The position numbers were made by a program, and so were the translations under genes. The notes below the pieces were generated by a model. The model had not been told where the DNA came from, ran no database searches, and saw nothing but the letters and a program-made list of their open reading frames with translations. Of a DNA stretch of 20,000 nt, positions 16,878 through 20,000 are shown piece after piece (within the stretch, counting starts at the first letter, position 1; each line of letters starts with the position of its first letter). Origin of the DNA: an uncultured virus (IMG/VR IMGVR_UViG_3300022198_000005) (taxonomy: Duplodnaviria; Heunggongvirae; Uroviricota; Caudoviricetes); the IMG/VR virus record IMGVR_UViG_3300022198_000005. One strand, written 5' to 3'.

Positions 16878-17088
16878 TTCTTCCCTTTATGAGAGTCTGT
16901 AACATGGATTTGATTTCAGCCATGTCATCCTCAAGTCTATCAAGCCGCTTGGCTGATTGGACCTTCGCTCTCTTTACCTGTTTTGCTTGGTCAATCTTTT
17001 GTTTATTTATATTGATGATGGCACCACTTACCCGGTCTCTCACGAAACCGGGATGTCCTTCAACCTTTATGTACCGTTGTTCTGTCAT
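16870..17088 (-). CDS. Small conserved T4-like phage protein with coiled-coil C-terminus (72 aa)
   Basis: YIKVEGHPGFVRDxxSGAIIN...LEDDMAEIKSMLQTL, recalled as the small gene following DUF4815-type genes in marine T4-like phages. ATGA overlap at 17085-17088. Confidence 0.8.
   Translation of the reverse strand: MTEQRYIKVEGHPGFVRDRVSGAIININKQKIDQAKQVKRAKVQSAKRLDRLEDDMAEIKSMLQTLIKGRND
17004..17011 (-). promoter_or_regulatory. T4-type late promoter TATAAATA, internal to the 72-aa gene, upstream of the 204/335/185-aa genes
   Basis: Plus strand tatttata at 17004-17011. Shares the 12-mer TATAAATAAACA with the 7506-7517 site. Confidence 0.7.
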
Positions 17089-20000
17089 GTGGCTAAGGCA
17101 ATGATCCTCAAGTCTTTGATGCGAGGTACACGAGAAGAGTTTGTAGAAGTCATTACCACCTTGACTTGGAACTGACTGAATGGAGCCAACGTACCAGTAT
17201 CACCACCTGCAAGGAACGAGTACTCACGGTATGTAACTCTGTCGTTATCAGCTGGGAGCTCGGCCTCTTTTGCGATCTCTGTCCAAACTACATCATCAAG
17301 TACAGTGTCTGATGTGCCGCTCTTATAGTATACCTTGATGTCAGCTTCAGCTGGTCTGTTCGCGCTCAAGAACACTTTAATGCCGCTAGCTGGTTCAGCG
17401 AGAGTAACCTTCTTGGTCAAGTGTTTAGCAGCGATAGAACCTTCTGTTGGGTCAGCCTCATCGATCCAAACCAATGGGACGTTAAATCCAGTAGTTGCAG
17501 CAGAGTCTTGATTATCAATGACGTTCTCAGTCAAGATCATCGAGACACGTTGCAAGTCAATGACCGGAGACACTTTTGTATCAGCAGTCGTAAGGTCGAT
17601 ACGCATCGTAGCAGACTTTGCAGAGATCAATGTTTCGTTTGCTGGTGTCAAGATAACCTTTGGCTCATCGAGATAGTTCTTCTCGTTTAGCTGGATAGTC
17701 GTGTATGAACTTGACTTACTCCGAGTACCTGAACCAGTCATGCGATTACGAGTCGTACTCGCATAAGATCCACCAGCAGTAAGCTTCACGCCTGCACCAA
17801 CGGTTGTTTCTTCTGGTTGCATGATTGTAACCAACGGGTGAATCTCATCAAAGTGTGCTTGTTGAGACACTAAGATACTTCCGCCTCCGATAGCAGAGAA
17901 GTCTGCTTGAGAGTCAGAACCAACAGAGATTCCAGTCCAATCAAGGTCATATACCTTATGCGTACCATTGATCGCGCTTGGCACAACACCACCGACAGAA
18001 TCTGTAAGTCCGCTGATCGTCACTACGTCACCATAGATGAATCCATGTCCAGGGAACAGAATGGTCACGTCAGAATCTCCAGACACCGTACGAATTCGGT
18101 TTGCTGGTAGACGTTCTGCAGCCATAACACCGTTCTCAAGGATGGCATAACCGCTTGTATCAAACTCTGCACGATACAACTTAAACATCAAGTCTCTCGT
18201 TTGGTCTGGAGTCCAAGTAGAAGAGTTTTGTGACTGGAACAATGAACCAAGTGAAGGCTGTTTAGTCACACGAGATGAAGTAGTACCAATCACAAAGTCA
18301 TACGTCTTAGCAACATATACGTTGTAACCAGCAGTCTCTGCCTTCAAGCGAATCGCATACTCTCTACCTGGAGATAAGTACACTGGTTCATCAAAGACAA
18401 AGTTTGTCGGGTTAGCTTTCACCACGTCGATGTCATCTACGTCGCCGATGTCTTCGATCGCCACGACTGCTGAACCTGAGATGCCACCACCACGAATAGA
18501 GAACGCACCAGGAACAACGATCTGCGTAGGAGTACCATTTTCCATCGTCACGATCTCGCATTGGATCGGCACGTCTGCATCTTTCGTCTTGATAAAGATG
18601 TCACACGACGTGATGAATACGCCGTTGGGGTATTGCACTCTATCGATGTAGAAAGATTGTGCCAACGGATCAGAAGGAGGAGGCGGAGGTACGATCGCCA
18701 CAGTAACTGAACGTGTAGATCTGATCGTCTTTTGACGGATGTCAAGCGTACCAGCTGAGGTGAAGGAAGAGATACTTGTGCTGATCGCCTCATTATCATA
18801 GACGCTCACATCCATCAACTTAAACTCGGCAGTTCCAGTACGGAATCGAATGTTGTCAGTTGCAGGGATGAAGAATGATCCAGTCAAGATACCATCTGCA
18901 TCAGAGATCAACTGGCCTGGAGTCAACGGGTGTTGTGTTGCATTCTGATACGTATTGCCATAGTCTGAATCAGTCGTAGCATAAAGTTGGAAGCCACCTT
19001 CAGGACGAACCCAATCAGATACATCAATACCGTTAAAGAATGCAAAGTAACGAGTATTAGGTCTCAAGCTAACGGTCTTGAAACGCACAAGCTTTGATCT
19101 CATCCATGGGATGATCTCTGTCCGTAGCTGCTTGTTGCCGATAGTCTCATTAGTGGTCTTATCACCAGTAATGTATGCGGTTCCTACACCACCAGCAGTC
19201 CAGCCATTCTCGAGAGCTTGTCTTAAAATCTCAGATGATTGGTTTGAAACTGTTACATATTCGAACAAGTCTGGTTCATATCGAGTCTCTACCCACTCAT
19301 CAGTAGCAGGAGAAAGGATGGTGTAACCCTGTGAAGTAATCACCTCGAACGGGTTTACGTTCATCGTTTCAGTCGCAAGCAACTGCTGAGCAAAACTTAC
19401 TTCACTATAGTCAAGAGTAGCAAACTCACCAGTCCTACGAACATTGCCAACCAAAGACGCATCAGAGTCAAAGATCAAGCGTACGTTCTTCTTGACGAAA
19501 GGAGGCAGCAGCTGTTGTTCATCAGTGTCGATCGAAGCGCGATATCTTCCAGGGATATAGTCTGCAAAGATTGACGTTGAGAAGTTGTCTGCCAAGAATC
19601 CAGACTTTGTACGAGGTAGACCATCAGAGTCAAGTACTAATTCAGTCTGAGCTGCATTTTCAAGTAAGGTCAAAGAAGTAAGCTCTTCAAGCTTACTCAA
19701 CCTACGCTCAAGACGACCGATGTCTTGCATCGTATAACCAAGGTTCTTGATCGAGCTGAATGAAAGGTCTGATTCACCCAGCGTATTCGCATTCAAGTTG
19801 AATTCATAGATCAACATGGACCCAACAGGAATATCAGGCACTGTAGGCTGTAAAGAAGATACGCCTTGAATATACTTTATTTCTGCGCGATTAGATTTAA
19901 TCGCTGCCTCTTCTCTACGAAGGACCAAGCGATCTTTACGTGGCATATAGTAAACCACATCAGTGTCGATAGATGTCTGGTTCTCAGGTAAGTGAACCAC
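17085..20000 (-). CDS. Large virion structural protein, DUF4815-like, 5'-truncated by the window edge
   Basis: YYMPRKDRL, YTMQDIGRLERRLxxLExxTSLTLLE, KSGFLADNF, NVNPF, PWMRS, FRTG, DPLAQSF, GSLFQSQNSSTWTPDQxxDLMFxLYRAEF, SPVIDL, PRIKDLRIIALA. Confidence 0.88.
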   Translation of the reverse strand: MVHLPENQTSIDTDVVYYMPRKDRLVLRREEAAIKSNRAEIKYIQGVSSLQPTVPDIPVGSMLIYEFNLNANTLGESDLSFSSIKNLGYTMQDIGRLERRLSKLEELTSLTLLENAAQTELVLDSDGLPRTKSGFLADNFSTSIFADYIPGRYRASIDTDEQQLLPPFVKKNVRLIFDSDASLVGNVRRTGEFATLDYSEVSFAQQLLATETMNVNPFEVITSQGYTILSPATDEWVETRYEPDLFEYVTVSNQSSEILRQALENGWTAGGVGTAYITGDKTTNETIGNKQLRTEIIPWMRSKLVRFKTVSLRPNTRYFAFFNGIDVSDWVRPEGGFQLYATTDSDYGNTYQNATQHPLTPGQLISDADGILTGSFFIPATDNIRFRTGTAEFKLMDVSVYDNEAISTSISSFTSAGTLDIRQKTIRSTRSVTVAIVPPPPPSDPLAQSFYIDRVQYPNGVFITSCDIFIKTKDADVPIQCEIVTMENGTPTQIVVPGAFSIRGGGISGSAVVAIEDIGDVDDIDVVKANPTNFVFDEPVYLSPGREYAIRLKAETAGYNVYVAKTYDFVIGTTSSRVTKQPSLGSLFQSQNSSTWTPDQTRDLMFKLYRAEFDTSGYAILENGVMAAERLPANRIRTVSGDSDVTILFPGHGFIYGDVVTISGLTDSVGGVVPSAINGTHKVYDLDWTGISVGSDSQADFSAIGGGSILVSQQAHFDEIHPLVTIMQPEETTVGAGVKLTAGGSYASTTRNRMTGSGTRSKSSSYTTIQLNEKNYLDEPKVILTPANETLISAKSATMRIDLTTADTKVSPVIDLQRVSMILTENVIDNQDSAATTGFNVPLVWIDEADPTEGSIAAKHLTKKVTLAEPASGIKVFLSANRPAEADIKVYYKSGTSDTVLDDVVWTEIAKEAELPADNDRVTYREYSFLAGGDTGTLAPFSQFQVKVVMTSTNSSRVPRIKDLRIIALAT

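Noticed and set aside
18675..18690. Poly-proline run (PPPPP) before DPLAQSF in the DUF4815-like protein
   Set aside because: A short low-complexity linker with no evidence of a separate function.

Overview
This window is a fragment of a T4-like (myovirus-type) phage genome, most likely uncultured and aquatic; the host cannot be assigned from the sequence. A minus-strand virion/tail module contains a 5'-truncated DUF4815-like protein, small conserved proteins, a 335-aa and a 204-aa structural protein, a BppU-like protein, an 1811-aa repeat-rich tail fibre, and a 3'-truncated 558-aa structural protein that the ORF track missed. This module is interrupted by a ~7.3-kb enzyme island (7513-14777) with three radical SAM proteins, a stand-alone SPASM/twitch-like Fe-S protein, three paralogous GT-A glycosyltransferases, two methyltransferase-like proteins and a His/Glu-motif hypothetical protein. 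The island forms two divergent five-gene arms whose start codons sit inside a 41-bp near-palindrome carrying a late-promoter-like TATAGATA on each strand. Canonical T4 late promoters (TATAAATA) lie in the flanking structural region. The neighbouring fibre proteins are strongly enriched in Asp-Ser dipeptides. Main hypothesis (inference, untested): a late-expressed, phage-encoded system that glycosylates and chemically tailors virion fibre proteins, possibly at Asp-Ser sites.
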